Part shown: piece by piece, positions 35,046 through 49,002 of the stretch | How the letters are laid out: each line of letters starts with the position of its first letter | Position numbering within the stretch: position 1 is the first letter of the stretch | Assembly: GCA_016748015.1 (NCBI GenBank) | Contig: JAAOMT010000518.1 | Location: 434,001 to 498,000, forward strand | Direction of reading: 5' to 3' | DNA length: 64,000 nucleotides | Source of the DNA: Geosiphon pyriformis uo1 | Taxonomy: Eukaryota; Fungi; Glomeromycota | Program-made: the position numbers and the translations under genes | Notes under the pieces: model-generated | What the model saw: the letters and a program-made list of their open reading frames with translations, nothing else | The model's database searches: none | Told to the model about the DNA's origin: nothing

Positions 35046-38000
35046 ATGGTTGGAATTACTTCAGCCGGTAAGCCTTTGGTCAAAAATTATCTGCCTCTGA
35101 GAACTCAAACCAAAGAATTGTAACGACCTAACTAATTAGAAACTATATTGGACTCAAGGTGGTATTATTGCCCTACTCGACGAGTCAGAAGAAGAACTTA
35201 AAATTTATGCCTTGCAAAAACTGAATACCTTGGTGGATCAATTCTGGGCAGAAATTGCTGACGCGGTTTCCAAAATGCATGTCACTTTCAAATTTTCTCA
35301 CCCTTCTTTTATGTTCTCTGATTTGCCCCTCTCATATTGATGGCTTATTCGATCCACAACCTGGAGCTTTAAGATCGTAAAATATCTAAAATTTTAAAAT
35401 ATTTGCCTTCAACAGAGAAATACTTTATGAAGATGAGGGCTTTTCCGAGCGACCGCTTTCAGCATTAGTTGCCTCAAAAGTAAATTTTTGATTCAAAATG
35501 CCTCTTGAAAATTTCTACAATTTCTTTATTGATTTAATAATAAATTGGAAACAAGGTTTATTATCATCTCGGAGAATTTGATGATTCCTTAACTTTTGCG
35601 TTGGGTGCTGGAGATCTATTCGACGCATCATCCAAGTCGGAATATGTTGAAACAATAATATGTAGGTTAAATGGGCATACAACATTATTTTAATATGAAT
35701 ATTAAAATGTTTAATTTTCCGTTTTTCTTTAGCTAAATGTATAGACCGGTATATCAGTCTACGTTTTGAGCAATATGAAAATCCATCTGGTGGAACTGAA
35801 ATTGATCCTCGACTAGAAGATGTCGTCGAGCGAATGTTTAGAAGGTGCTATGACGATGGCGAATACAAACAAGTAGGCTCAATACTTTTACCTGAGATAA
35901 TCTTGGAAGAATTTTCATTATATTCTTCTCACCGATTAAGGTTTTGTATTGAAATTAGGCTATTGGAATTGCCTTGGAAGCTCGTCGTTTAGATGTCATT
36001 GAACAGGCAATATCAAAAGGAAATTCATCTGAACTCTTATCCTACGTTTTAGAAGCTGGCATGACATTGGTACATAATCTGGATTTCAGAAACAAGGTCG
36101 AGCTAATTTGTTTACATGTCATATTATTGCCCAAATCTTGGTTCTTTTATATTAATATTAGATATTTTATACAGGTTTTGCAGCTTTTAGTCAAACTTTA
36201 TCAAAATCTTTCTGAGCCAGATTATACATCGATCAGTCAATGTTTTGTACATCTCAACGATCCGATATCCGCGGCTAAGCTTCTACAAGATCTGGTCACT
36301 AAGGGCGACGATGTTTGGAATTCATATTTTAATTTATCTTTAAAGTTATATTTGTACGTTCTGTTCAACTTGACCCGTTCCTTGCCATTTCAATAGGTAT
36401 ATTTGCTGATAGCCTATCAAATCGCTTTTGACCTTGAAGATAATGCTACCCAAGAATTTCTTCAAAACGTCGTACGTCAATTACCAGCCGGTGCAGTATC
36501 GACTACGGCAGAAAAGCAAGATTTACAACCAATGGAGACGGACGAGGCAGAAGAACAAGTAATACATAACCCTTCTAAATAATTTTCAATAATAACTAAG
36601 CTTATCCTCTTACATTAATCAACTGTGGGGTATTGATGCTTAGCCTCAGAATCCAAATAACGAAAAATACGGTAAAATACGCAGCATACTCTCAGGTGAA
36701 GAGTCTATTAGGTTACATTTGGAATTTTTATATCGTAATAACCACACAGATTTGCTGATTTTGAAAAACACCAAGGTTTGTCATATAATATTATTTCTTG
36801 CTAAGAGTTCCATCGGAGAAATTTCTCAAGTTTTTTTTTCTCAGAATGCCTTAGAGTCCCGAAATTCTGTATATCATTCGGCAGTAACATTTGCGAATGC
36901 TTTTATGCACGCTGGGACCACTAGTGATGAATTTTTACGTCAAAACTTGGAGTGGCTCTCGCGTGCTACTAATTGGTCCAAATTTAGTGCGACCGCTGCT
37001 CTTGGCGTGATACACAAAGTATATACCCTTTCTTTGTTTAAAAAGACTTGCAAAGGCTCACCATCTATTTATGATCCCCTAGGGACACCTATCGCAAGGG
37101 CTTTCGTTATTGGCACCTTATTTACCCCAAGACGGAGTAAGTGTTAGTTCTTATTCGGAAGGTGGCTCTTTGTTTGCCTTGGGACTTATTCACGCAAATC
37201 ATGGAGATGGTGTGCTGGATTATTTGCGAAACGCTTTGAAGAATACACCGACAGAGGTGCTTCAACATGGAGCATGCTTGGGTCTCGCTGCCGCTGGTAT
37301 GGCGACTGGAAATGACGGTATTTCTTATTTCATTTTAGATTACCAACCATAAAACGGCTTTTGAAGATTGTATTCTCTTACTTATGTTTACCTTCTATTG
37401 GACAAAAGGTATATACGAAGAACTTAGAAACGTACTCTTTAGTGATAGTGCTGTTGCTGGAGAAGCTGCTGGTCTTGCTATGGGTCTTGTTATGCTTGGG
37501 ACTGCCTCTGACAGAGCTATAAAAGATATGATACAATATGCTCATGAAACTCAACACGAAAAAATTATCAGAGGCTTAGCTATTGGAATTTCTTTGATTA
37601 TGTACGGCAGAGAGGAAGAAGCAGATGCCTTGGTGGAACAGCTTATACGAGATAAGGTAAGATATTTACGACATTCAAATAGTAAATTTTATTATTTTGA
37701 GGTTTATTCCTGATATAAATTAAATACTACAGGATCCTATTTTGCGCTATGGTGGTATTTATACTGTTGCTTTAGCTTATTGTGGAACAGGCAACAACAA
37801 AGCAATTAGGCGATTATTACATGTTGCCGTTAGCGATGTCAATGACGATGTGCGGCGTGCTGCTGTCACCGCGTTGGGATTCTTATTATTCAGAACTCCC
37901 AAGCAAGTTCCCCGAATAGTCCAATTACTATCAGAAAGCTACAATCCGAATGTGCGTTACGGAGCTACTCTAGCTCTCGGTATATCATGTGCTGGAACAG

Positions 38001-39680
38001 GATTGTCGGTTAGCTTTTGTTTTCAATTCGTGATTTTTATTGTTTTGAAGTAATTTATTGCCCGTAAACAAATGTCACAGACGGTTGGATTAATCCTAGG
38101 AAGCAATTGACTTACTTGAGCCTATGACGAAAGATCCAGTTGATTACGTACGACAAGGAGCATTCATTTCTCTAGCCATGATTTTGATACAACAAAATGA
38201 TACAACAAATCCTAAGGTTTGAGAAATATATTTTACGGAATTTGAAAATATTAATTTATTAACGAGTTTACTTTATTCAGGTATCTGCTACCCGAAAATT
38301 ATATGAAAAAATAATAGCGGACAAACATGAAGATGCAATGGCAAAGTTCGGAGCAGTTCTTGGCCAAGGCATTATAGACGCTGGTATTGATTTCTGTCAA
38401 GTCTGGATGTTAAGACTGATCTTTAATATGCTAGACATATAATACTGGTTCTTTGCATCTTAAATAATTAGGAGGACGAAATGTCACAATTTCGTTGCAG
38501 TCTCGATCTGGTCACTCTAATATGCCTGCTATCGTTGGAATGGCTGTATTTACCCAATTTTGGTATTGGTTTCCTTTAACACATTTCCTGAGCTTATCTT
38601 TCACCCCAACTGCTATCATCGGCTTGAACAAAGATTTGAAGGTAAACCTTAAAACTAGAACAAACCATTTCTTATACTGTTTACTAATGATGTTCATATT
38701 GTAATCTTTTTAGATCCCTAAATTCGAATTTATATCAAATGCTAAACACTCGTTATTCGCTTATCCCGCGACTACAAAGCCACCAACAACAAATGTCGTA
38801 GAAAAGGTAATTTTATGAAGTCACTAAATATTTGTTTCATCCCAAAACAGACGTCGAACAAAGATTATATAATCCTGGTTTTCCACCATTTCTCCTAAAA
38901 AATTAAACTTGATATAAAGATTTCATATTAAACTGATATATTCCCATATTGATGAATTCATCTTTTTCTAAAGGTCGCAACTGCTGTCCTGTCAACAACG
39001 GCCAAAGCCAAGGCAAGAGCAAAAAAGTCGGAAAAAGAAAAAGGGAATGAAAATGCCGATGCTATGGATACGGTAATTTAAGAAGACAATCTTGAAATTT
39101 CTTCGCTTATTTCAAAATTCATTTGATCTACAACTGCATTATTTTCAGGACGAAAGAAAGGACGATATCAAGAAAGAGGAGGAAAAGGTGTGGATACTAT
39201 TTACGATACATATTCCCATCTAGACTTTTTTATTTGATGGCCATATTTGTTTAGGAGGAGCCCAAAGACGATAAGAAGGGTAAAAAGAAAAAAGAGGATG
39301 CTTTCGAAGTTCTTGAAAATATGGCTCGAGTATTACCCACCCAATTGCAATACATATCGTTTAAAGAAGAATCGCGTTATGTGCCTGTCAAGAAGGTATG
39401 ACAATATTATGATCTACCCATTCATACATAGATCATTTTTACTAATCAAATTTGAGATCCTTTAGGGAATTGTCGGAGGAATCTTGATGATGATTGATAA
39501 AAGGCCAGAAGAAAGAGAAGAATTGATTTCGCCTAGTGCACCTGTTGGTAAGCGAAACACTTTTATAGTAATATTTGAAACAACATAAGCATATATTAAT
39601 CACTTTTTTAATTAGCTAATGAAACTAACGAAGAGGAGGCTGCTCCTCCAGAACCCTTTGAATACCCTTTTGATGATTAA
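35046..39680 (+). CDS. RPN2: 26S proteasome regulatory subunit Rpn2/PSMD1, multi-exon
   Basis: [23 protein letters not shown]; [25 protein letters not shown]; PC repeats ([45 protein letters not shown]); [10 protein letters not shown]; [17 protein letters not shown]; C-terminal [10 protein letters not shown]. Many short introns. Confidence 0.97.
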
Positions 39681-39741
39681 TATTTTAAAACTTATTTAAA
39701 ATGATGCCCGAACCTCAAAAAATCCAATAGATCCCAGACTT

Positions 39742-41306
39742 TTATTTTCTAAAGAACTCTATCATGCACGAATTATAATGTAATAGCTCTTCTACCCTTG
39801 ACCACTCCTTTTGATGCGTGTCCAAAATGGATCGTAGTTGATTTCCCAGCCCATCTGGGTTTTCAACTATTAAATCTCCATAAATCTTTAGGAAATGGTT
39901 CAAGTAGGCTTCACATAACTCGAAGTCCTTTTTCGAGGCGATACGAGATTCGATCGCGGTCAAAAACAATCTTAAATTTTGAAAATTATCATCCAAATTC
40001 ACCGATCGAAATTCAAAGTCGATCGCGGATGGATTCAAGCTTTTCATAAAATCAAAGAATTCGGAATCTAAACCACTCATTAGTATTGAGTTTTCCCATT
40101 TTCTCATTCACATGCCTAAAAGGTTCGAGGAATTATACTTACAATCTCTCAGCGGTTCACACTTCTTTAGTATTAACGTTAACTCAGTTTCAATTCGAAG
40201 CTCTTTGGAACTTTTGATGATTTTAGTCACATCTTTGTCGTTACTTTTGACCTGGAATTCATTAACTGGCCCTGTGACGAATTTTGGGTTAACTCCAGGT
40301 AGGGTGGCCAAAAAAAATGGCGCCTTTTCCGGAATTTTTGGAGGCTCTTTTGGTTTATTACGTTTCTTTGAAAGAATTAAAAGTTTAATTAGGCAAAGAG
40401 TGTGATATAGCCAAATTTTAAAATTAGTAATACTTTAATTATCTCGAGATTCAACAAATTTAGCCATTTCAATTTTGGCAGTGTTGACAAAGTGATCATT
40501 TCTTCCGTTAGTTGCTCAGGTGAAGCAAATGAAGTTTTGATATCAAGTTTCTCCATTTCATCCATAAGATTTTCTAAAAACATCAATTGGTCACTGGTTA
40601 ACTAGCAAGAATAACATATATTTCCAAAATATTTACCCTCAACATCACTATCCACCCCAGATGTAGTGGGCAGTGAAATTTTAAAGCTTTCTTCGTCGGA
40701 TACGCTTCGTAGTGAAATGTTACTGAATTGCGCCCGATTAGCCCTTAAATAAAGCAAAAAATTGAGAAATTCCTCGGTGATTTCTGATATATATATATAT
40801 GAAAAGAAGGTTGCTCACCATAAAAATATACCCACATTATCGACGTGGGACGTAGCTAAGAAATCGCCAGTTGGTGAAAACGTGACGCTTGTAGCCACAC
40901 TGTCTACTTGGAATACGTCAATCATGTGTCCTGATGGAAGATCCCAAGTACGAATAGTGGAATCGAGTGAAGACGAAACAATCCAACGGCCATCCGAGTT
41001 GTAAGTCTGGGGTCAAAGTATATGAAACAGCTAAGAGTGAAATAATCGGGACCCCGCTGAAAGAATTGGAAACAATAAACAGCCTTAGCCTGATTTACAA
41101 TGTCCGTGATTCTATTACGATGTCCCCAGAATTCTCTGATAATTTTATATGTCTCGACGTCGATCACCCGAATACACAGATCATCACTAACAATCGCCAG
41201 CAAGTTGCTATCTGTTTTTAGTTGAAGGTTTGTAATGGGTGACGCTATAATGATTGTGTTTGTAAGTGTGGCTGTTTGAATATCCCATATCTATCAAAAA
41301 AGCGAT

Positions 41307-41339
<33 letters not shown>

Positions 41340-43823
41340 GAAGTTTGCAATTTCAATTGCAGAAAGAATCAAGTTTACCTTAACTGTGCCGTCTAGTGAG
41401 CTGCTAATGAGATATCTGTTAAGTGGATCACAAGCAAGGCCAGTTATCGATCTAGAATGCTCTAAATATTATGAGATATTTTGAAAAGGTTTTTATCAAA
41501 AAAACGACCAGAGTGAAATTTGTATTAACTTCCGGTTCCCCCAAAGGATTTTTTATGTTGACCAGACTGCATATTGAACATGTCGATATAACCGTTGGAT
41601 GATCCTATAAAACCATGGTTACCACATGGACTGATAGTAGCAACCTTTAAATTTTTTTACAATCGTATTCTGTTTAGGATAATCCGAATGGAATGTCTTC
41701 AAAGGCAAAATATTTTCTACTCACTTTGGCATTTGATCCATCAAGGGGAACGAATACATGATTGCCTATGGCTTTTTTATGAAAAGACCAAGTACGTGCT
41801 CCATAAGTATTTAGATGACAAGAAATGATATTGTCCCATTCCAACTGTTTCGATCCAGCTGAAAACCAATAAGTATGAAGTCAGGTGTCAATTACGTTAG
41901 ACGTTAGAAAAAGAGAAATATTCTAACTTACCATAAGAAATGTGTATGATTTGTGGTAGCTTCATATCATCATGTTTTAACTCTAGATTTTTAGATTTTT
42001 TACTTAATGATCCTAAAAAAGTGATAAAGAATTTTATAGATTCGCAAATTTCGAGTATGATTATAGTCATAAGAAAAAAACACATAGGTCAATATATCAC
42101 CAACCTTGTGACAATTCGACACTTTGAGAATCACGGACCACAGAAAAAGCTCTTAAAGATTTATCCCTGGCTGCACTTAATATAAAATGTCCATTGTTAT
42201 CACAATATCGAATGGTAGTTGGTGGGGCATGATGACCGCTTCTGGATTTGAGCATGCGAGGCAATCCATCTGTCCCATCAAATATCCATTCCTAAGAAGA
42301 GGATAAATAAGTTTTTCATTTTATAGAGGAAGAATCTAAACTAAAACATAAGCGAGAATCACTACCTTGACTGAATTGTCGTTTCCAGATGTAATCAGTA
42401 TGGGTTGCCCATTCAGGAATTGTATCGATGGAATCAAACCATCATGAGCTCCTTTCATAAGATGAAATAAAGATTTCTTTTCTAAATCCCATAAAGCTAT
42501 GTCACCGTAAATATTAGCAGTTGCCATTATGTGTAAATCATCTAGTAAACAAAAAATTCCATATTATAGTGCGGAATTTTTCAGCCTTTTGTTTGAATAT
42601 TGAAAAACTTTTTAGTGATGACACATACCAGTCCTAAAAGATATAGAAGTTACATGGCCTTCTTGTGAATAAGTTGTGATACGCTCATCAGCTTTGATGT
42701 GATGCAGTATGATGGTCCCATCAAGCAAGCCGATTGCGATAACATCAACAACCGGTGATTGGGTGAGACATGTTATTGGGGATCCAAAGGAGGCAAACGA
42801 ATAAATTATTTTACTAGGTATATATTATGTGATATTAGCTTAAAGACAAGATCAAATACGAATGGAACATTGTTGATCATGCTCTTTACTTTGTGCGAAT
42901 GTTCCAAATTTGCATGGTTCCTTGGGTACTACCCAATAATATTTTATCCAAATATGTGTGCGGATGCACGATTGTCGATAAAGTAAACGATGAATCAAAC
43001 TGTATCTCACTATATAATTCTAAGAAAACAAATATTAATTAGATTCGGAAAAGAATCGAATCATCAAAAAATTCAGGAAATAAAGAGACCTTACCACCCA
43101 ACTTATGATTCCATATTATGAGGGTATTGGTGTCACTGAGCGCCAAGAGAAAATGACTCAATACTGTCAAAGAAAATATGCTCCCATGATCATTGCTGAG
43201 GAATCGAGTGATCTGCCGTTTCATTGAAAGAAAATAGATCAATACATAGCGTAAGCCCGCCGATCTATAATCTCATCTATCACTAATTGCCCAAGAAGTA
43301 CCTCTTTTGCCCTATTGAAAACGATCACCTCTTTGCCGCAAGCTACAAACGTAAGATCATTGAGTGAAGCAATGGCTGTAATCGTCACATGTGTTTGAGG
43401 TCCTATTTTTCAAACATGTGAAATCAATTCGATTAATTAAAGCTCAAGTGGCATTAGCCGTTAAAAGGACAAAGGCCTACCTACAAACAATAGGTTCAGT
43501 TTTGTGCACTAAATCCCTCAATATATTTTAGTTGGAAAATATCGAAATTAATAAAATTCTTTATTATGAATCAAAAATGGACTACATACATCGTAAATAT
43601 GAAAACTGTTCCCCACACAAGTGGTAAGAAAGAAGGCGGTGCCTCTAGCTTGAAGGCTAAATGCAATGTCATTAGTAACATAACCAATTGCACGAAATGG
43701 TTGAAATAATCTTGGTAAGGGGACTTGTGCTGTCTTCGGTAAGCTATTACTAGAAATTGCAAACGGTTTTGTTTTTCTTTTCTTATGGGAGGAGACAGCT
43801 ACAAATTCCAGAGATTCTAACAT
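39742..43823 (-). CDS. UTP21: U3 snoRNP / SSU processome WD40 protein Utp21/WDR36, multi-exon
   Basis: RLFQPFRAIGYVTND; WD repeats (LITSGNDNSVK, RSGHHAPPT, REFWGHRNRITD); C-terminal LSTLPKLKWLNLLNLEII..RNKPKEPPKIPEKAPFFLATL and LNPSAIDFE..DFELCEAYL. Confidence 0.95.
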
Positions 43824-43871
43824 TATGGGCTTGAAATTTTAGTCAAATTCAAATTCTGCGATTTTTTATAT

Positions 43872-43886
43872 AGAATATTCTGGAAG
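43872..43886. promoter_or_regulatory. Heat-shock-element-like motif upstream of UTP21
   Basis: aGAAtaTTCtgGAAg is a perfect three-unit nGAAn array about 50 bp upstream of the ATG. Confidence 0.3.
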
Positions 43887-44169
43887 TCAGATTTAAATTT
43901 CGCTGACTAATCATGACTAGTCTTTAAGAACCGATGAAAAGATTTTATCATTACTGTATTTCTCAAATAATTGCTTGGAAAATTTATAAAAAACCTAGGT
44001 GTATATTTTTATTTGGATATAAATATGTTTTTATATATTTTAGTCTTTTGTTATAACTATTACAATTATTAAATTAAAATATTAATTAAAATATTAATTT
44101 CATTTAAATTAATGTATTATTAACATTTAAAATATATGCAAAAGACTTTTTATTAAAAAAAACTATATA

Positions 44170-46361
44170 CAGTCAGACCTCCATAAAAGAACCCTCGATA
44201 AAAGAACAACCTCTTACAAAGAACATTTTTTTATAGAACCAAATGATTAATTAACAATTTTCCCTCTATAAAGGAACAAGAACATAATTTTATCAAACGT
44301 TTATTCGAAATTTACCTTCATATAAGAACAAATATCACGTGCTAGATGTTAATTGGTAATTGGGAAAAGAGTTAGAACGTATTGAATTGATTTCATCCAA
44401 TTCAGGCTTGCTAAAACCAAATCTAATATTATCATTATAGGCACATTTTCTAACAGACTTGCTAAATTATCACAATGTCGGAACCTTTATTCAAAAAACA
44501 AAAATGAGCAGCAGTTAATGATGCTCTTCATAAAGAAATTTGTCAATATTCCAAACATCACTATGGCACGAAACATGATGATATTGTAGCTTACTTTAAT
44601 CATAAATATCCAGAACTTCATATTTCTCGTCCAACTGTCTCCAAGATAATCAAAGAGCATGCAAAGTGGTTGAATATTGAAATTGATGAAATTGATGAAA
44701 GATCTATTCGACACAAAAGCGTTAAATTTCCATTATTAGACCAAGCTTTAAGTTATTGGGTAGAAAACAAGTAACTACAACCACTATCGAATTCAATGAT
44801 CAACTAATTAAAGAAAAAGGAAAAGAATTTGCCAAACTTCTTGGTATGCACGAAAATGAAATGCAATTCTCAAATGGATGGGTTCAAAAATTCAAAAAAC
44901 GAAACCAATTATGTGTTTACCGATTTCATGGTGAGGCAGGAAGTGTATCAACTGAAAGTTTACCAGAAGAACAAAGAAAATTAAAAACCATTATATCCGA
45001 ATTTGATCCTGCTGACATATATAATGCTGATGAAACAGGATTATTTTTTCGTATGGGACCAAATCAAACACTTGCAAAATGTTGAAATGTAGGAAAACAA
45101 TCGATATATTATACTTACCAATTGTTATCGTTATATATTATTGTTATATTAAATTAATTGGGTTTTTTATAGGATAAATCTTGGATTACAATTCTTCTTG
45201 CTACAAATTCAACTGGATCTCACAAATTGCAACCTTTAGTAATTGGACATGCAAAAAATCCAAGATGCTTTAAAGGAATTAATACTTCTAACCTACCTAT
45301 GATTTACAAATTCAATTCCAAAGCATGGATGCGCTCAGATATATGGAAAGCATGGCTCAAATATATAAATAAAGGGTTTCGAATTCAAAATCGGCATATA
45401 TTACTTTTGGTTGATAATGCAACTTCTCATCATACTCAAATCGGGAAAGATTCATTCCAATTAACCAATATTACTTTGCACTATTTTACTTCAAATAGTA
45501 CATCACATCTTCAACCAATGGATGCTGGCATTATCAAATCTTTCAAAGGCAAATATAAGCACTTATATTTTCAACATATTTTACATCAATTTGAACAAAA
45601 AATTAATATTGAACAGTTAAGTAATATAATATATACAGTATTATTATCATTATATAATATATAATTTTATCTAATATTAATTTATTTTTTAGAAATAAAT
45701 TAAACATAAAACAAGCAATTGATTATGCTGTTCAATCATGGTTTCAAGTAATATCTGTTACAATTCAAAACTGTTGGCAAAAAACGGATATTCTTTTCTA
45801 TAATAAAGAATTAGAAATTCAAGAATCCGAAACATCAATTGCTATGAATATATTCAACAATTTACCATCAAATGCGCAACAATTGGTCAAAAATCTCGAA
45901 GATTATACTGTAACAGTTGATGGATTATTGGCAACTGAAAATATTCTTGATGATAATGAAATTGTAAATATAGTTTTAGCCGATGCTCAAATTGAAACCA
46001 ATACAATTAATGACTCAGAAGAATTAGAAAAATCTCCATCTGCTTTAATTACAATTACAGAAGCATATGAAGCATTAAAAAAGGTAATTAGATTTGAAGA
46101 GCAATTAGCAAAAGAAAATTTTATAGAAAACCAAATTTTACTTAGAAAAAAATTATATGATTACGAAAAAATGAAGGAAAATTCTAAAAAACAGGTAACA
46201 ATTAATCAATATTTTAATAACAATAATAATATAATTGATTGATTGATTTAATAAATAAATATAGTTTATTTGATAATAATATAAAACTCTATAATAGAAC
46301 ACCTTTAAAATAGAACATAATTTGCATGTTCTAACTGTGTTCTTTTATAGAGATCTGACTG
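44170..46361 (+). mobile_element. pogo/Tigger-like DNA transposon (Tc1/mariner superfamily)
   Basis: 23-bp TIRs CAGTCAGACCTCCATAAAAGAAC / GTTCTTTTATAGAGATCTGACTG (2 C>T mismatches); TA TSD; subterminal ATAAAAGAAC-like repeats. Confidence 0.93.
44475..46242 (+). pseudogene. pogo transposase (CENP-B-like HTH + DDE_1) with probable introns and disablements
   Basis: FSNGWVQKFKKR, YNADETGLFF, LLVDNATSH, LQPMDAGII; early TGA (probably from CGA); probable introns at about 45090-45172 and 45621-45692. Confidence 0.85.
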
Positions 46362-46630
46362 TATAAGTATTTGTAAAGCTCAAAAATGTAATTGTAAATA
46401 TATAAAACAAATAAATATTGTTACAAAAGTAGAATATAATATTTAAATAAAATTTTTTATAAAAAAAATTGTTTAAATTAAAAAAAATTGTTAATTATGT
46501 TTTTAAAATAATATTTTTAATATATATAAATTATTATTAAATAAATTTTAATATATTAATTTTTAATAATTATATTGTTAAAATTTTTATTAAAATAATT
46601 GTTTTTTAAGTATTTGTTTTTTAATAATAC

Positions 46631-47115
46631 TTTTTTTTTAATAAGTACAATCCAACTATTATTTAATATAAAAAAACAAACTAAGTAATCTTAACTAAAT
46701 ATAACTTATATGTTTATTACATATAACCAGTTATTCAGCTTAATTAAAACAATATTATACATTTATACAAACTTTTACACTATTGTTTATATTCAAAAAA
46801 ACAAAAAAGTTTTATATAATCCAAAATTAACAGCAAATAACTCTATAATACTTAGTAAATAAACTATTTCAATTAATAAAAAACTAAACAAACTATAAGA
46901 AACATTGAACAATATCTTTTTATTATTTATTAAACCACTTTTCTCTATCTCTATTCTGAATTTAGACTTAAATATTCACAATTTACTATAATGTTTTTCA
47001 GCCAAATAATGAATAAAATTAATTATTATTAATACTGTCTTCTTTTTATCATTAAAAATCAATACTATTTTATTAATTTAATCTTTAAAAATAAAATTTT
47101 TGCACAAAATTGTAT
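46631..47115 (-). mobile_element. Degenerate LINE 3' end relic
   Basis: Colinear with 24960-25400 after allowing C>T/G>A (e.g. tacatataaccagttattcagcttaatta versus tacacgtaaccagccactcgggccaatca); poly-A tail at about 46631-46640. Confidence 0.65.
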
Positions 47116-49002
47116 TATTATAATTAAAACTCATAGTTTTTATTAATTATCATATGTATTAGCCACTAATGTCATATAATTAGCCACTCTATTTTTAGAT
47201 AGTAATTATTAATCTAATCAATAACTTAATTATTGACTTAATTAATAATTTAATTATTGACTTAATTATTGATCTAATCATTAACTTAATTATTAACTTA
47301 ATTAATAATTTAATTATTGACTTAATTATTGATCTAATTATTAACTTAATTATTAACTTAATTATTAATCATTTTTAATAACTATATAAACAATGAATCT
47401 CTTAGCTGTAAAAAGATATAATCAAATATAAGAAATAACAACTATTATTTCAATTTTTCTTATATTATTTATTTTTCTTTTTTTATTTTCAAGTATTTGA
47501 ATATCTTGAGATAAAAAATTATTTATTGGTATTTTTTTATTCTTTTTTTGATTCATGTAATTATAGTATTTAAAAATTATTAAATAAAATATAATTGAAA
47601 AGCATATCTGATATTTGATATTAAATTCTAAAAGCATTAATATAAAACATAGAATTATACCAGTGTATTATTATTTATTAACAATATAAACTATTTCTTT
47701 ATTTTCAGATTCCTTAGTTATTTCTTGAAAAGAATAACAACTGAAATATTTTATAAGACTAATTTCATATATTAAATCTATAATTATTCAATTTACTTCT
47801 TAAAATTGAATTTTTTTTTGATTTATTCTATTATTATACAATTTTGTTCTCTTTTGCTATTCATTAACTTGTTACTTTAATTCATAACATAAAAGTGATG
47901 TTCTTTGTAAGGTTGTCAAAATTCACTTTGTTTCTTATTATATGAATAATTATTTATATTTGTTACAACAATCAGAAAAACACTTTACAGCACATAACAG
48001 AAATAATCTAGATTTTATTAAATTCAATCTTCTGTTCTTTTGCTTAATTTGTTTTTTTAATGAAAAACAATCCAGTAAACAATTCCAAGATTTTTGGAAT
48101 TGGTTTCTAAATAAGCATTTAGCTAAAACTTATATAATTTATATAATATATTTTTTGATCAAGTTTATTTTGAAAAAATCTTTAAAAAAAAAAACAACAA
48201 CATCAATCAGTTTTTATACTCAATAATCTTTGAACAATAGTTTTCTGATTTCGAATATTTGAATTACCAAATTCATATTTGAATTGTTGTTTACCAGTTA
48301 ATTAAAACATTTTTTGAAACAGAAGAAAAAAATTACCAAACTGCTTCTGTTTTTAATTTTTTTTTAAGTAAATTAGACTATTGTTACAGGTTGAAGTAAC
48401 AAATTAATGAATAGCAAAGGAGAACAGAATTGTAGGGTGATGGAAATAATCAAAGAGAATTCAATTTCAAAGAGTGAATTGAATAAGTATGGATTCAATG
48501 TACAAAATCAGTTTTATAAAATATCTTAGTCACTATTTTTTTCAAAAGGTAATTGGGGAATCTGAAGGTAGAGGGATAGTTCATACTGTCAACAAATGAT
48601 CACACTTGGTATAATTCTATGCCTCACATCAGTGTTTTTAGAATTTAATATCAAGTATCAGATGTGCTCTTCAGTCACATTTTATTCAATAATCTTCAAA
48701 TACTACACTTATATATTTCAGGAAAAGAGTAAGAATTAACCAACAAGTAATCTTTTATTTCAAGATGTTTGGATACTTAAAGGTAGAAAAAGAGAAATTA
48801 GTGATAAGAGAATGATTGAGATAAAAGTTGTTATTTTATTTATTTTTGATTATTTTGAACATGCTTTTCTACAGCTAAGAAATTCATTACTTATATAGCT
48901 GTCAAAAGTGATCAATGATCAGGTCAATGATTAGGTCAATGATCACTATCTAAAAATAGTGTGGCTAATTTATATGACATCAGTGACTAATACATGTGAT
49001 AA

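Noticed and set aside
39247-42986. Plus-strand ORFs over UTP21 and off-frame ORFs in RPN2
   Set aside because: Antisense or off-frame shadows of exons of the two host genes.
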